DNA of 64,000 bases from an uncultured Gammaproteobacteria bacterium (GCA_963764725.1 CAVXTM010000001.1:256001-320000); one strand, 5' to 3'; numbered from the stretch's first letter, positions 30,115-41,110 are shown. Notes: a model not told the origin generated them from the sequence alone. Made by a program: numbers and translations.

Positions 30115-31863
30115 TTAGTTCAAGCCGGCGTTGATGCGTCCGAGCAAGTCGTTTATTTCACTGCTGCTGCTCGCCGCCAGCAGTTGCTCGGAAAGAGACT
30201 TGACCTCCGCGAGGCGGGTATTGTTGATGATTTTCTTTACTTCCAACAAGACCGCCGGGTGCACGCTGAAATCCCGCAAGCCAAGCCCGAGGAGAAGGCG
30301 TATGTAGCGCAGATCGCCGGCCATCTCACCGCACATGGCGACGGGCTTTTTGTGATCCCTAGCCGCCTGGATGATTATGCGGATAAAGCGCAGCACCGCC
30401 GGATGGACCGGATCATACAAATAACTGACCTCGTCATCGACCCGATCTATCGCCATCGTGTACTGAATGAGGTCATTGGTTCCTATCGAGAGAAAATCAA
30501 GCTGCTTGGCAAAAAGGTCGGCGCACATCGCCGCCGCAGGCACCTCGATCATGCCGCCGATGGGCATGTCCGGATCGAAGGGGACGGCGTTTGATCGAAA
30601 TTCCGCGCGGATCTCCGCGATAATCGCGAGCACTTGGTAAAGCTCTTGGAGGTTTGAAAGCATCGGGATGAGAAGCCGCAGCGGCCCGAGGGCCGAGGCC
30701 CGAATGATGGCGCGTAACTGAGGCAGAAACAGTCCCGGCTCCTTGAGACATAGACGCACCGCGCGCAACCCGAGCGCCGGATTCGCAAGCAGCGGCCGTT
30801 CCCGCCCGCTACTACCATCGACCTGCTTGTCGGCTCCCAGGTCCAGCGTTCTAATCGTAATTGGTATGCCTTGCAAGGCATGCAAGGCCTGGGAATACAC
30901 CTGGAACTGTTCTTCCTCGGCCGGCGGACGGTCCCGGTTCATATAGAGATACTCGGTGCGATAAAGGCCGACGCCCAAGGCCCCGACGTTCAGGACCGAT
31001 TCGAAATCCTTCGGCAACTCGATATTGGCTTCCAGGCAAATCATTATGCCGTCCCCGGTCATCGCCGGCGCGCCCTTCAGCTTAATAAGTTCAGCTAAAT
31101 AGACCCGCTCTTGCTGCTGTAATCCTTCGTAATACCGGATCGTCTCAGGGTCCGGATCGACCAAAAGCACGCCCGAGATCCCATCGATGATGACGAGGTC
31201 TTCTTCACGCACGTAGCGGCGCGCTTGATGTAGGCCCACGATGCTCGGGATGCCCAGGCTTCGCGCGAGGATCGCCGTATGTGAGGTCGGACCACCGTGC
31301 TCGGTCGCGAACGCCGCGATGCCGTGATGTTGCATGAGCACCGTATCCGCGGGTGTGAGGTCATCCGCCAGCACGATGTAGCCCCGCAGCCGGCTATCGG
31401 GAACCTCGTGCCGCATTGGGCCCTGATTAAGCAAAATGCGTTGCATGCGATTGACGACGTGATCAACATCATCCTTGCGTGTCCTTAGATAGGGATCATC
31501 CATTTCCTCGAAGACCACCACCAACGCATCGCGCTGGATTTTCAAGGCCCATTCAGCGTTACAGCGCCGCTCGGTAATCAGCCGTGCGGGCTCTTGCGTC
31601 AAGGCCGAGTCCTCCAACATCAATAGATGGGTGTCGATGAACGCAGCGATGTCGGGTGCGGTCGCGGGTGGAATATGGTCCCGGATCGCGCGCAATTGCT
31701 GCCTGGCGGTGAGCACGGCGTGCTCGAACCGGCGTACTTCCGCGACGACATACTCTTCTGTCACACAGTACTCGCTAATGTCGAGCTGGTCGCGGTGGAG
31801 AATATGAGCCCGTCCCATCGCGATGCCTCGAGAGACGCCAACACCGTGGAGGGAAATGCTCAT
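30115..31863 (-). CDS. ptsI: PTS enzyme I
   Basis: GGPTSHTAI, GLYRTE, DFLSIGTNDL, MCGE. Confidence 0.95.
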   Translation of the reverse strand: MSISLHGVGVSRGIAMGRAHILHRDQLDISEYCVTEEYVVAEVRRFEHAVLTARQQLRAIRDHIPPATAPDIAAFIDTHLLMLEDSALTQEPARLITERRCNAEWALKIQRDALVVVFEEMDDPYLRTRKDDVDHVVNRMQRILLNQGPMRHEVPDSRLRGYIVLADDLTPADTVLMQHHGIAAFATEHGGPTSHTAILARSLGIPSIVGLHQARRYVREEDLVIIDGISGVLLVDPDPETIRYYEGLQQQERVYLAELIKLKGAPAMTGDGIMICLEANIELPKDFESVLNVGALGVGLYRTEYLYMNRDRPPAEEEQFQVYSQALHALQGIPITIRTLDLGADKQVDGSSGRERPLLANPALGLRAVRLCLKEPGLFLPQLRAIIRASALGPLRLLIPMLSNLQELYQVLAIIAEIRAEFRSNAVPFDPDMPIGGMIEVPAAAMCADLFAKQLDFLSIGTNDLIQYTMAIDRVDDEVSYLYDPVHPAVLRFIRIIIQAARDHKKPVAMCGEMAGDLRYIRLLLGLGLRDFSVHPAVLLEVKKIINNTRLAEVKSLSEQLLAASSSSEINDLLGRINAGLN

Positions 31864-32129
31864 TCCGACTCGCCGAATCTGTTAGCCACGAGATCCTCTA
31901 AGCTTGCGATAGCCTGCCCCTCGTCGGGTCCACTCGTAAGGATTTCGATCTCGCTTCCGTTGTGAGCGGCGAGCATCATGACCCCCATGATACTCTTGCC
32001 GTTGACTTCCTTCCCATTTCTGCGAATCGTGATCTCGCATTGAAAGCGCGACGCCAGTTGCACGAAACGCGCGGCCGCGCGGGCATGCAAGCCGAGCTTA
32101 TTTACGATCCGAACATTACGGAACATCAT
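31860..32129 (-). CDS. ptsH: HPr phosphocarrier
   Basis: GLHAR, NGKSIMGVM. Confidence 0.95.
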   Translation of the reverse strand: MMFRNVRIVNKLGLHARAAARFVQLASRFQCEITIRRNGKEVNGKSIMGVMMLAAHNGSEIEILTSGPDEGQAIASLEDLVANRFGESE

Positions 32130-32135
32130 CCACGG

Positions 32136-32531
32136 TTAATCCGTATCGCTAATTTCCACGATCCCGTCGCGACCGCCGGTAATGGCCTTGTCGACGAGTC
32201 GCTCCAGTCCAAGATCGGCGTAGTTCAGTACTCGGAGCAGCATCGGCAGATTGACGCCGGTTACGATTTTCACGCGCGCTTCACCCAGCAGCCGGGTCGC
32301 GATATTGCACGGTGTGGCGCCGCAGATATCCGTCAGGACGAGCACGCCGTCGCCTTGATCTAGCGCTTGGATCATGGCGCTGGCTTGAGCGTGCGCTCGT
32401 TCCGGCTCACAGTCGCGTCCGATGCTGACGACGGCGAGCGGCAGCGGCTGTGGTCCGAGCGTCTTTACCGCAATATCGCGAAGCGACTCACCGACGTTGT
32501 CGTGTCCGATGATCAAAATGCCGACGCTCAT
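32136..32531 (-). CDS. PTS EIIA, mannose/fructose type
   Basis: IIGH, LTDICGATPCN, GVNLPML. Confidence 0.9.
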   Translation of the reverse strand: MSVGILIIGHDNVGESLRDIAVKTLGPQPLPLAVVSIGRDCEPERAHAQASAMIQALDQGDGVLVLTDICGATPCNIATRLLGEARVKIVTGVNLPMLLRVLNYADLGLERLVDKAITGGRDGIVEISDTD

Positions 32532-33412
32532 ATGAGGCCTGTCCCGTCGCGGTGGGTTACGAGCACATGCCGTCCTTGCGAGCTAAGATGGGACGCCAGG
32601 CGTTCCACGATATACACCGACCGATGGTGCCCGCCGGTGCATCCCACGGCGACCGTTAAATAACTGCGTTGGTCCGCTTCAAACCGAGGTAACCAAGAGT
32701 CCAAGAACGCACGGAGCTGAGCGGTCATGTCGTGCGCGAGCGGCGCCGCCTCCAAGAATTCGATGACGGGAGGATCGCGTCCGGAGAGGTCGCGTAACCG
32801 CGGTTCCCAATGCGGATTGGGTAAGCAGCGTACATCGAAAACGAAATCGGCGTCCACGGGCAGACCGTGCTTGAATCCAAACGAGATAAGTTGTACCGAC
32901 ATGATGTTGGCTTGCTTTTGTGCGACTCGTTCCCGCACCAGAGCCCGCAACTGGTGGACCGAGGTGCGGCTTGTGTCTATGCGTAAATCCGCGTACTCCG
33001 CGAGCGGTCCAAGCAAACGCCGCTCCTCGTGAATGGCGACCGTGAGCGACACTTCAGTTGCGGAGAGCGGGTGCTTGCGGCGCGTCTCACTAAAGCGCCT
33101 TAGCAAAGCGTCGTCGCCGGCCTCCACAAATACAAGCTCAACCGCAAACTCGCTGCTTTGCTGTTGCCGCAAAAACCGCGGGAAGTTCGTCAATGCATCG
33201 GCGGGATTACGAGCATCGATGCCGATAGCAACGTTTTCGTAAAGCGGTTGCTCGGCCGAGCGAATTTGAGAGAACAATTCCGGCGCCAGACCGATGGGGA
33301 GGCTATCGATACAGTAATAGCTCAGATCCTCGAGGACATTGAGCACGGTGGTCTTTCCCGCACCCGACATACCCGTGACAATGATCAACCTCCGGGCCAC
33401 GGCAACCCTCAA
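32528..33412 (-). CDS. rapZ: RNase adapter RapZ
   Basis: GMSGAGKT, SFGFKHG, DVRCLPNP, GCTGGHHRS. Confidence 0.95.
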   Translation of the reverse strand: MRVAVARRLIIVTGMSGAGKTTVLNVLEDLSYYCIDSLPIGLAPELFSQIRSAEQPLYENVAIGIDARNPADALTNFPRFLRQQQSSEFAVELVFVEAGDDALLRRFSETRRKHPLSATEVSLTVAIHEERRLLGPLAEYADLRIDTSRTSVHQLRALVRERVAQKQANIMSVQLISFGFKHGLPVDADFVFDVRCLPNPHWEPRLRDLSGRDPPVIEFLEAAPLAHDMTAQLRAFLDSWLPRFEADQRSYLTVAVGCTGGHHRSVYIVERLASHLSSQGRHVLVTHRDGTGLI

Positions 33413-34425
33413 ACCGCTTTATCGAGCAAAGCGCGTTGTCTGTGCATAAAATCGTCGGCCGAGTTATAACCGCTCATGCGCAAGATGTGGTTACGGGCGG
33501 CACACTCGACCAATACCGCTAAGTTACGGCCAGCCGTCACGGGGAGGACGATCTCCGGGAAATCCAGTCCCAGGACCCGGCGCGTACTATAGCTTCCTTC
33601 CAGGCGATCGAGGTTAATCAAGCCTTCACCCTCCAATCGCTCCAGGCGAATGATCAAGCGCAAATACTTGTTGCTTCGCAAGGCCCCCGCGCCTAAAAGC
33701 TCACGAACGTTCAAGATGCCAAGCCCGCGCACCTCGAGGAAATCGAGCAGGCCCTTCGGACACGTGCCGTTGACGATATCGGGGGCGATGCGCGAAAACT
33801 CCGGCGCGTCGTCCGCGATCAATCGGTGTCCGCGCGTGATGAGCTCCAGAGCCAATTCGCTCTTTCCAACCCCGCTCTCACCGGTGAGCAATACGCCTAT
33901 GGACATCACCTCCAGGTATACCCCGTGCAGCGTCACCACCTCGGCCAAAAGATTCGACAGGTAGTAATGCAGGTCATCGGAGAGCTTATTGCTCGCGAGC
34001 GTCGAGGTGAAAAGCGGCGTGCTGCTTTCCTCGCACGCCCTGCCTAGCTGCTCTGGCACGGGCTGGCTGTCGGCGACGACGATACAATGGGGTTCGTGAC
34101 TCAGCAATTGCCGGATCGCATCCTCGCGCGAGATCGCGCGCAACCCGGACAGATATTGGATCTCGGAGGATCCCAGCACCTGGATCTGGTTCGGATGAAT
34201 CAAATTCAGGTGGCCCACCAAGGATTTCTCGGAGCCCAGGCCTGCGCTGTGATCGTGCCTTGTTTCCAGGGTGCTGATATGGTCCCCGACGATCTTCCTC
34301 CTGGTCTCGGGGTGCACCTCATCGGACCTAATCGATCGCCCCCCGCCCGCACGCCCGGCCACCCACTTGAGCGCAAGCCGCTCGGAATGGATCTCGAATA
34401 ACTCGCTAATTGTGACCGACTGCAT
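33409..34425 (-). CDS. hprK: HPr kinase/phosphorylase
   Basis: GESGVGKSE, LIADD, LEVRGLG, GRNLA. Confidence 0.95.
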   Translation of the reverse strand: MQSVTISELFEIHSERLALKWVAGRAGGGRSIRSDEVHPETRRKIVGDHISTLETRHDHSAGLGSEKSLVGHLNLIHPNQIQVLGSSEIQYLSGLRAISREDAIRQLLSHEPHCIVVADSQPVPEQLGRACEESSTPLFTSTLASNKLSDDLHYYLSNLLAEVVTLHGVYLEVMSIGVLLTGESGVGKSELALELITRGHRLIADDAPEFSRIAPDIVNGTCPKGLLDFLEVRGLGILNVRELLGAGALRSNKYLRLIIRLERLEGEGLINLDRLEGSYSTRRVLGLDFPEIVLPVTAGRNLAVLVECAARNHILRMSGYNSADDFMHRQRALLDKAV

Positions 34426-34891
34426 AGCTTCGCGGGCGATCCGGCCATGCGCTCAGTAGCTCATAGAGCGTGTCGGCGTCGGTACATGCCCTGATCCGGG
34501 ACACAAAGTCCTCATCGCTGAACATTTCCGCAAGCTCGGCTAGAATCCTTAGATGCTCGTCGTGGCAACGGGCGGGAACCAGTAACGCAAAAAAAAGATC
34601 GACGGGCTTCTCATCGATGGCGTCGAAATCAACGCCGGTCTTGGTATAAATAAACGCCCCAAGGGGGTGATCGCCGTGCGCGGTCCGGCCGTGCGGGATC
34701 GCAATCCCGCGCCCCAATGCGGTGCTACCGAGCCGTTCCCGCGTGATCAGACTATGGAACACCTCGTCACTGGTTAACGTCTCTGGTAGATCCGCGATCA
34801 ACCTTGCTAAGGCTTCGAGCACGCCTTTTTTGCTGCATACATCGACCTGGACGGCGACGCGATCGCGGACCAGGATCTCATCTATACCCAT
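34406..34891 (-). CDS. ptsN: PTS IIA(Ntr)
   Basis: RERLGST..GIAIPHGR. Confidence 0.93.
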   Translation of the reverse strand: MGIDEILVRDRVAVQVDVCSKKGVLEALARLIADLPETLTSDEVFHSLITRERLGSTALGRGIAIPHGRTAHGDHPLGAFIYTKTGVDFDAIDEKPVDLFFALLVPARCHDEHLRILAELAEMFSDEDFVSRIRACTDADTLYELLSAWPDRPRSYAVGHN

Positions 34892-34936
34892 CGCTTATTC
34901 TCTATGTTCCGTGCGCTATGACTCTAAGCACCCCCT

Positions 34937-35251
34937 CTACGTTTTGCGCCCGCCGTCCCCGCGATGATGATCCGTTATTTTGTCTTTGTGTTTCAGCAGC
35001 TGGCGGTCTAGTTTGTCCACTAATGCGTCGATCGCCGCGTACATATCGTCGTGCTCGGCGTCCGCGAACAGATGACCGCCCGCGACGCGCATCTTGGCCT
35101 CCGCGCGTTGCCGCTGCTTCTCGATGGCCAAAATGACGTGTATTGCCGTAACGTGATCGAAATGCCGCTCCATCCTTTCAAATTTTGTCTCGACGTAATT
35201 GCGGATCGCGTCCGTAACTTCCATATGGTGACCGGAAACGTTTATCTGCAT
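34937..35251 (-). CDS. hpf: ribosome hibernation promoting factor
   Basis: MQINVSGHH, DMYAAID. Confidence 0.95.
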   Translation of the reverse strand: MQINVSGHHMEVTDAIRNYVETKFERMERHFDHVTAIHVILAIEKQRQRAEAKMRVAGGHLFADAEHDDMYAAIDALVDKLDRQLLKHKDKITDHHRGDGGRKT

Positions 35252-35379
35252 GGCAACTCCCGATAATTAGAATTGGCTAAAGAGAACCTCTGAGCATGCC
35301 CGTTCTTTCCTGCGACTTGACGCAGTTCTTGCCGCGTTTCGCAAGAGCTGCAACCGAATGTGCGGGTGTCGCTGCACCG

Positions 35380-36855
35380 CTACACGAGGCGTTTTCTTTC
35401 ATTCGAGGGCGGAATAGCCATGGCCTCGCGGTACTTAGCGACGGTCCGCCTGGCGACGTTAATCCCTTGCTCCGATAACACCGCCGCGAGCTTGCTATCG
35501 CTCAAGGGTTTCAACGAGTTCTCGGCGGCGATTAGTTTTCTGATGACGGCGCGTATGGCTGTTGACGAACACTCGCCGCCCGCGGAAGTGCTCAAATGAC
35601 TGGAGAAAAAATACTTGAGCTCATAAATTCCCCTGGGCGTGTGCATGTACTTGCGGGTCGTTACGCGCGAAATCGTTGATTCGTGCATGCCCAATACCTC
35701 GGCGATATCGTGCAGAACCAGCGGCTTCATCGCCACATCACCGTGTTCTAGGAAAGCGCGCTGACGCTCAACGATGGCCGTTGCGACCCGCAATAATGTC
35801 TGACTTCGGCTTTGCAGGCTTTTTATAAACCATCGTGCTTCTTGCAGGTGTGTCCGCAGCGAGGTGTTATCCTGGCTGTTGTCGGCCCGGCGCACCATGC
35901 TCGCGTAATAGGGATTAACGCGCAGGTGCGGAACTACCTCGGCATTTAATTCAACCTGCCACGCACCGGCTTTTTTTCGTACGTGGACGTCCGGTACGAT
36001 ATATTCCACTCGGGCATCCTGAAGGTGCGCCCCGGGGCGCGGATTCATGGTCTGGATCAGTGCGACCACCTGTTGCAGTTCCTCCCTGCTCAACTTCATG
36101 CGCCGCGCCAAGCGTACGTAATCACGCTCGGCGAGGAGGTCGAAATGCTTTTCCACTAAATGCCTAGCTTGATCCAGCCATGGACTACCGCCGTCTTGCT
36201 GATCCAGTTGGATAGACAAACACTCTTGCAGGCTGCGCGCCGCAACCCCCGGGGGATCCAAGCGCTGCACCCAATGCAGAACGGCCTCGATTTCGTCGAG
36301 CTCGATTTGGTCTTGATTGACGGATTGGCGCAGCTCATCAAGACTTGTTCTTAAGAAACCATCATTGTCCAGCGCATCGACGATCGCATAGGCAATCGCT
36401 TTGTCTATATCACTGATCGACGACAGATTGGTTTGCCACAGCAGATGGTCCTTCAGCGATTCGTCCGCGGTGCGCTGATTCTCAATTTCAAAACCGGCGT
36501 GGTCCCCCGAAACGGTTTGGGGCATTGACGCGTCATAGACATCATCCCATGCGCTATCGACCGGAAGTTCCTCGGGAATATCCTGGCCGATCGCGGCGCC
36601 GGCTACATCTTCGACCTCACTCGCGACTTTTGGCGTCTCCGCGTGCGGGAGGCTTTCGGTGTCCTGCAACTTCGAGCTCCCGTAGCCGTCTTCGTGCTCA
36701 TCCTCTACCGCCTCCAACATCATGTTAGACTCAAGCGCCTGCTGGATTTCCAGGCTCAGTTCTACGGTGGACAGTTGCAACAAGCGAATCGCTTGCTGTA
36801 ACTGGGGGGTCATGATGAGGCTCTGCCCTAAGCGTTGCTGCAGTGCTTGCTTCAT
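35380..36855 (-). CDS. rpoN: RNA polymerase sigma-54
   Basis: MTPQLQQAI, HESTISR, RpoN box ARRTVAKYRE. Confidence 0.97.
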   Translation of the reverse strand: MKQALQQRLGQSLIMTPQLQQAIRLLQLSTVELSLEIQQALESNMMLEAVEDEHEDGYGSSKLQDTESLPHAETPKVASEVEDVAGAAIGQDIPEELPVDSAWDDVYDASMPQTVSGDHAGFEIENQRTADESLKDHLLWQTNLSSISDIDKAIAYAIVDALDNDGFLRTSLDELRQSVNQDQIELDEIEAVLHWVQRLDPPGVAARSLQECLSIQLDQQDGGSPWLDQARHLVEKHFDLLAERDYVRLARRMKLSREELQQVVALIQTMNPRPGAHLQDARVEYIVPDVHVRKKAGAWQVELNAEVVPHLRVNPYYASMVRRADNSQDNTSLRTHLQEARWFIKSLQSRSQTLLRVATAIVERQRAFLEHGDVAMKPLVLHDIAEVLGMHESTISRVTTRKYMHTPRGIYELKYFFSSHLSTSAGGECSSTAIRAVIRKLIAAENSLKPLSDSKLAAVLSEQGINVARRTVAKYREAMAIPPSNERKRLV

Positions 36856-36955
36856 AAATGCTGGTTCCGGCGCGCTAGGGCAGAGTCTTTGCGTGTATAA
36901 GTTTCATTTTAACGCAATTTTCATCGCCGGTATCCGCCAGCTCGCGCTTCAAGCA

Positions 36956-37564
36956 TTATTTATCGGTGCCTGGCGCGGGCCCCTCTACCCGCCGGAGCCG
37001 CGCCCGATAGGCGCTAGACCAGGAGGGAACCACGGACCGCCGGATCCCGGTCAGCCGTCGCCACCAATAGCCTGCCCGGAGATCCGACACCCGCACCGCT
37101 CCGGTTCGGACACTCGGCGCATGCACGAATTTGTTTTGACCCATATATATTCCAACATGGGTATAGGGGCGGTCGGCGGTCTGGAAGAACAGCAAGTCGC
37201 CGGGTAGACGGGCTGCCAAGGGCACCTGCGGTAAAGCAGACGCCATGGATACTGTATCGCGCGGGAGCACGATTCCATGCCTGGCATAGACATATCTCAC
37301 AAAGCCGCTGCAGTCGAAACCTTCCTCGGGCGAATCACCGCCGTAACGATACGCCACCCCGGTCAGGCTCAAGGCGGTCGCTACGATTTCCGGTGGACCG
37401 TCGAGCGCCGCGGCCGGTTCGCGATGCGTGAGGCTTCCCGCACACCCCGCGAGAACAGTCAGACTCACTACCAGGCCACCGCGCGCGACATGAATCTTTC
37501 GTCGCCGGTTTCGTAAGAAGGTGTCTACGGTGTTATAGGTGCGGACCGCCGCCATAATCGCCAC
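36956..37564 (-). CDS. NlpC/P60 lipoprotein (true start probably further downstream)
   Basis: LAGC lipobox, YRYGG, FDCSG, HVGIY, FVHA. Confidence 0.88.
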   Translation of the reverse strand: MAIMAAVRTYNTVDTFLRNRRRKIHVARGGLVVSLTVLAGCAGSLTHREPAAALDGPPEIVATALSLTGVAYRYGGDSPEEGFDCSGFVRYVYARHGIVLPRDTVSMASALPQVPLAARLPGDLLFFQTADRPYTHVGIYMGQNKFVHAPSVRTGAVRVSDLRAGYWWRRLTGIRRSVVPSWSSAYRARLRRVEGPAPGTDK

Positions 37565-38538
37565 AGGCTCTTCACGGTAATTTCGAAATGACAGCCTTCG
37601 GTATAAAGATCGACCTGCCCTAAGCGTCCCAGTCTTAGTCTCGTGAGAAGCGGCTGGAACCAGTCTCGATCAAGGCGCGCGACCTCTTCAAGGCAGGCCT
37701 GGTGATCGTGAGCGCCCTGCTCCTCGGGGAAAACCACCAAGCATTCGGTCGCCGGCCCGGCTTGCTCCAGCAGCGCTCCAAAACTCTCGGGCAGGGGCGA
37801 GGGCGCGCAACCGCCGAGGACCGCTAGGCCCGTCATGATGGGTTCCGCGCCCCATACGGTGCGACCGGGAACCGCGGCGACAGGCGGCAAGCTACCCGCT
37901 CCCCAAAACCATAGGCTATTGATGGCCGGCTCACCGCGGTCCTCCCGCTCGCGGTTGACCGCGGAATCATGTAACACCATTTGGACCTCGTTCATAAGCC
38001 GCACCCACTGTTTAGCGTCCCTGCCCTGCGGCAAAAAACCCTCTAAGTGCCGCGTGGCCACTGCCGAAGGCGGCCACGTGTTAATCGCCGCCGCGTCTTC
38101 GAGCCGCACATACCAGCGCTTGGGATCGCGCCCCACCATGATCTCGATCGCATGGGCTGCCAACGCGGCATTTAGATCACTCACTAGCCGCCGGGCTTCG
38201 TTCATACCGAGGCTATAGCTACGGCCATCGAACAGGATCAGCTTGGCTAGGTCCGGTTGAAGATGCACTGGATCGGCGCGCATCCACCCACCGCCGTGCT
38301 CGGAGGTAAAATCGGCGAGATGAGTGATCGCCGCGACCGGGAGATCATACTCTCGATGTTCCTCGACGCCGAAGAGGCGACAGATGAGGGTCTCGTAACA
38401 CGTGCCGTCGTCCACCCGCGCCGCGCGCGCGAGCAAGATCGCTAACGCCCGGACGCGATGCTCCGCGCCAGCGTCAAACCGTAATCGATCCGAGTGCGAT
38501 CCAAAGAGCCCGGGAACTACCAGCGTTAGCCGCGGCAC
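37525..38538 (-). CDS. phosphoglycerate-mutase-like conserved protein (RpfE type)
   Basis: RADPVHL, NEVQMVLH, NSLWFWG. Confidence 0.8.
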   Translation of the reverse strand: MPRLTLVVPGLFGSHSDRLRFDAGAEHRVRALAILLARAARVDDGTCYETLICRLFGVEEHREYDLPVAAITHLADFTSEHGGGWMRADPVHLQPDLAKLILFDGRSYSLGMNEARRLVSDLNAALAAHAIEIMVGRDPKRWYVRLEDAAAINTWPPSAVATRHLEGFLPQGRDAKQWVRLMNEVQMVLHDSAVNREREDRGEPAINSLWFWGAGSLPPVAAVPGRTVWGAEPIMTGLAVLGGCAPSPLPESFGALLEQAGPATECLVVFPEEQGAHDHQACLEEVARLDRDWFQPLLTRLRLGRLGQVDLYTEGCHFEITVKSLWRLWRRSAPITP

Positions 38539-38559
38539 GATCTCCCGAAAACCGTCAAA

Positions 38560-38760
38560 TCAGCGTCGAAACAGCCACAAAACCAGGGAGACGATTAAGC
38601 TGATGAGCAGACCGGTCACGATCGGGAAATAGAGCCTGAAACCGCCGCGTTCAATGACGATATCGCCCGGCAAACGCCCCAAGCCCAACTTCGTCACCCA
38701 CGGCCAGAGGAGGCCAATCGCGACCAGCAGCAGCCCGAGCGTAACCAATACCCGCGGCAT
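38560..38760 (-). CDS. DUF2905 membrane protein
   Basis: GRLPGDI, YFPIVT. Confidence 0.88.
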   Translation of the reverse strand: MPRVLVTLGLLLVAIGLLWPWVTKLGLGRLPGDIVIERGGFRLYFPIVTGLLISLIVSLVLWLFRR

Positions 38761-38764
38761 GCTT

Positions 38765-39421
38765 TCAGCTTAGCGCCTTAACGCCCGTTTCCGTCCCAAT
38801 GATCAGAAGATCCGCAGGGCGGCGCGCGAAGATCCCGTTGCTTACGACACCCGCAATGTGATTGATCTCGGCCTCCATCTTGGCGGGGTCCAGCAGCGAA
38901 AGATTACGCACATCCAAGATAACGTTGCCGTCATCGGTGATATAACCGGTTCGCCATAGCGGCTGACCTCCGAGCTTCACTAGCTCGCGGGCGACGTAGC
39001 TCCTGGCCATGGAGAGCACCTCGATCGGCAGAGGATAGCGGCCGAGGACATCAACGAGCTTGCTGTCATCGACGATACATAGAAATCGCCGACTCGCGGC
39101 AGCAACGATTTTTTCACGCGTGAGCGCGCCGCCGCCGCCCTTGATCAATTGCAGGTGCTTAGTGGCCTCATCCGCGCCATCGATATAAAGGGGTAGCCCG
39201 CCGGTGTGGTTGAGGTCGACGATCGCGATGCCGCGCTCCTTCAGCCGCGTCTCCGTCGTCTTAGAGCTTGGAACGGCGCCCTCAATCCGGTGTTTTACCC
39301 GCGCCAATATATCGATGAAGAGGTTCATCGTCGTCCCGCTACCCACCCCGATGACGGCGCCCGCTTCAATATGCTCGATCGCAGCCTCAGCCGCGCGGCG
39401 TTTCTTTTCGTCCTGAGTCAC
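38765..39421 (-). CDS. rpiA: ribose-5-phosphate isomerase A
   Basis: [16 protein letters not shown]. Confidence 0.96.
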   Translation of the reverse strand: MTQDEKKRRAAEAAIEHIEAGAVIGVGSGTTMNLFIDILARVKHRIEGAVPSSKTTETRLKERGIAIVDLNHTGGLPLYIDGADEATKHLQLIKGGGGALTREKIVAAASRRFLCIVDDSKLVDVLGRYPLPIEVLSMARSYVARELVKLGGQPLWRTGYITDDGNVILDVRNLSLLDPAKMEAEINHIAGVVSNGIFARRPADLLIIGTETGVKALS

Positions 39422-39454
39422 GTGAACAGGCCGTTCAATGGTATCTTAATGGTC

Positions 39455-40972
39455 ATGATAGACGAGTATGTGAAGCTTATCCTCACGGCGCGCGTTTACA
39501 ACGTTGCTAAGAAAACACCGCTCGACCTGGCGCCCGAGCTGTCGCGCCGGCTCGATAACACGGTATGGTTAAAGCGCGAAGACCTCCAGCCGGTATTCTC
39601 TTACAAACTCCGCGGCGCGTACAATCTGATGTCGCACCTCAGTCCGGCCGAACGCCAACGCGGTGTCATCGCCGCCTCGGCAGGGAACCATGCCCAAGGG
39701 GTTGCGTTGGCCGCCCAGCGTCTCGATCTGCGCGCGATCATCGTGATGCCGAAAACAACACCCGAGATAAAGGTAGCCGCGGTACGGCGTCTGGGAGCCG
39801 ACATCGTGCTTCACGGAAATACCTATGACGATGCTTGCGAGCATGCGCATCGGCTCGAGGAGGAACGCGGGTTGTGCTTCGTTCACCCTTACGACCACCC
39901 CTTGGTGATCGCCGGCCAAGGCACCGTAGGAAAGGAGATCCTCGAACAACACTCGGGCGATCTACACGCGATCTTCGTTCCCGTCGGTGGCGGCGGACTC
40001 ATTGCCGGAATCGCCGCCTACGTCAAACAATTGATGCCGGCGATTAAGGTCATCGGGGTCGAATCCGACGAAGCGCCCAGCATGCGAGAGGCGCTCAAGG
40101 TCGGGAAACGTATAGTGCTGGAGCACATCGGGATCTTCGCCGACGGCGCGGCCGTCCGCCAGGTGGGCGCGGAACCGTTTCGCATCGCGCAGAAGTTCGT
40201 CGATGAAGTGCTGTTGGTCACTAACGACGAGATATGCGCGGCGGTCAAGGACACGTTCGAAGATACTCGTTCAATTCCCGAGCCGGCCGGGGCGCTGGCG
40301 CTCGCCGGCTTGAAACAGTATGTCACCGGCACCAAGCTCAGTGGCTGCAACCTCGTGGCGATTTTTAGCGGTGCTAACGTCAACTTCGATCGGCTGCGCC
40401 ATATCGCCGAGCTCGCGGAGCTCGGCGAACAGCGCGAGGCGCTCCTCGGGGTCACCATTCCCGAACACCCGGGGAGCTTTCGGGCATTTTGCCACGCGAT
40501 CGGGGCGCGATCGATCACCGAATTCAACTATCGTTACGCCGACCTGCGCGACGCCAAGGTGTTCGCCGGGATCCAGCTGCGTCACGGTGTCACGGAAAAA
40601 AACGCCTTGATCGTCTCGCTCCAAGAAAAGGGTTATCCGGTGGCTGATCTCTCGAACAACGACATGGCCAAGGTCCATATCCGCTATATGGTGGGAGGGC
40701 GCGCCGGACCAATCGCCGACGAGATCTTGTTCCGATTCGAGTTCCCGGAACGCCCCGGGGCGCTGCTGCATTTCTTAACCGAGTTGGGCGATCGCTGGAA
40801 CATCAGCCTGTTTCACTATCGCAACCATGGAGCCGCCTATGGGCGGGTGTTAGTGGGGATCCAGGTCCCGGAGCGCGAGCGGAAAGGTTTCGACGCGTTT
40901 CTGAACGCACTCGGGCTCGTTCACGCGGAAGAAACGGAGAATCCGGCCTACGCCATGTTCTTGCGTCAATGA
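39455..40972 (+). CDS. ilvA: biosynthetic threonine deaminase
   Basis: KREDLQPVFSYKLRGA, ASAGNHAQG, C-terminal FPERPGAL regulatory domains. Confidence 0.96.
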   Translation: MIDEYVKLILTARVYNVAKKTPLDLAPELSRRLDNTVWLKREDLQPVFSYKLRGAYNLMSHLSPAERQRGVIAASAGNHAQGVALAAQRLDLRAIIVMPKTTPEIKVAAVRRLGADIVLHGNTYDDACEHAHRLEEERGLCFVHPYDHPLVIAGQGTVGKEILEQHSGDLHAIFVPVGGGGLIAGIAAYVKQLMPAIKVIGVESDEAPSMREALKVGKRIVLEHIGIFADGAAVRQVGAEPFRIAQKFVDEVLLVTNDEICAAVKDTFEDTRSIPEPAGALALAGLKQYVTGTKLSGCNLVAIFSGANVNFDRLRHIAELAELGEQREALLGVTIPEHPGSFRAFCHAIGARSITEFNYRYADLRDAKVFAGIQLRHGVTEKNALIVSLQEKGYPVADLSNNDMAKVHIRYMVGGRAGPIADEILFRFEFPERPGALLHFLTELGDRWNISLFHYRNHGAAYGRVLVGIQVPERERKGFDAFLNALGLVHAEETENPAYAMFLRQ

Positions 40973-41110
40973 CCAGCCGATGCCTGCATCCGACCGACTC
41001 TTCGACTACGGCAGGCCGCGTATGCGCCACGAAGCCATGGTTTACCGATACGCGCGGGTTTAAATGCATCGCTTCGAGCGACTAGCGCCTAGAACCGGCC
41101 GACCTTGACC

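Noticed and set aside
39206-39454. N-terminal extension of IlvA
   Set aside because: Overlaps divergent rpiA; homology begins near 39455
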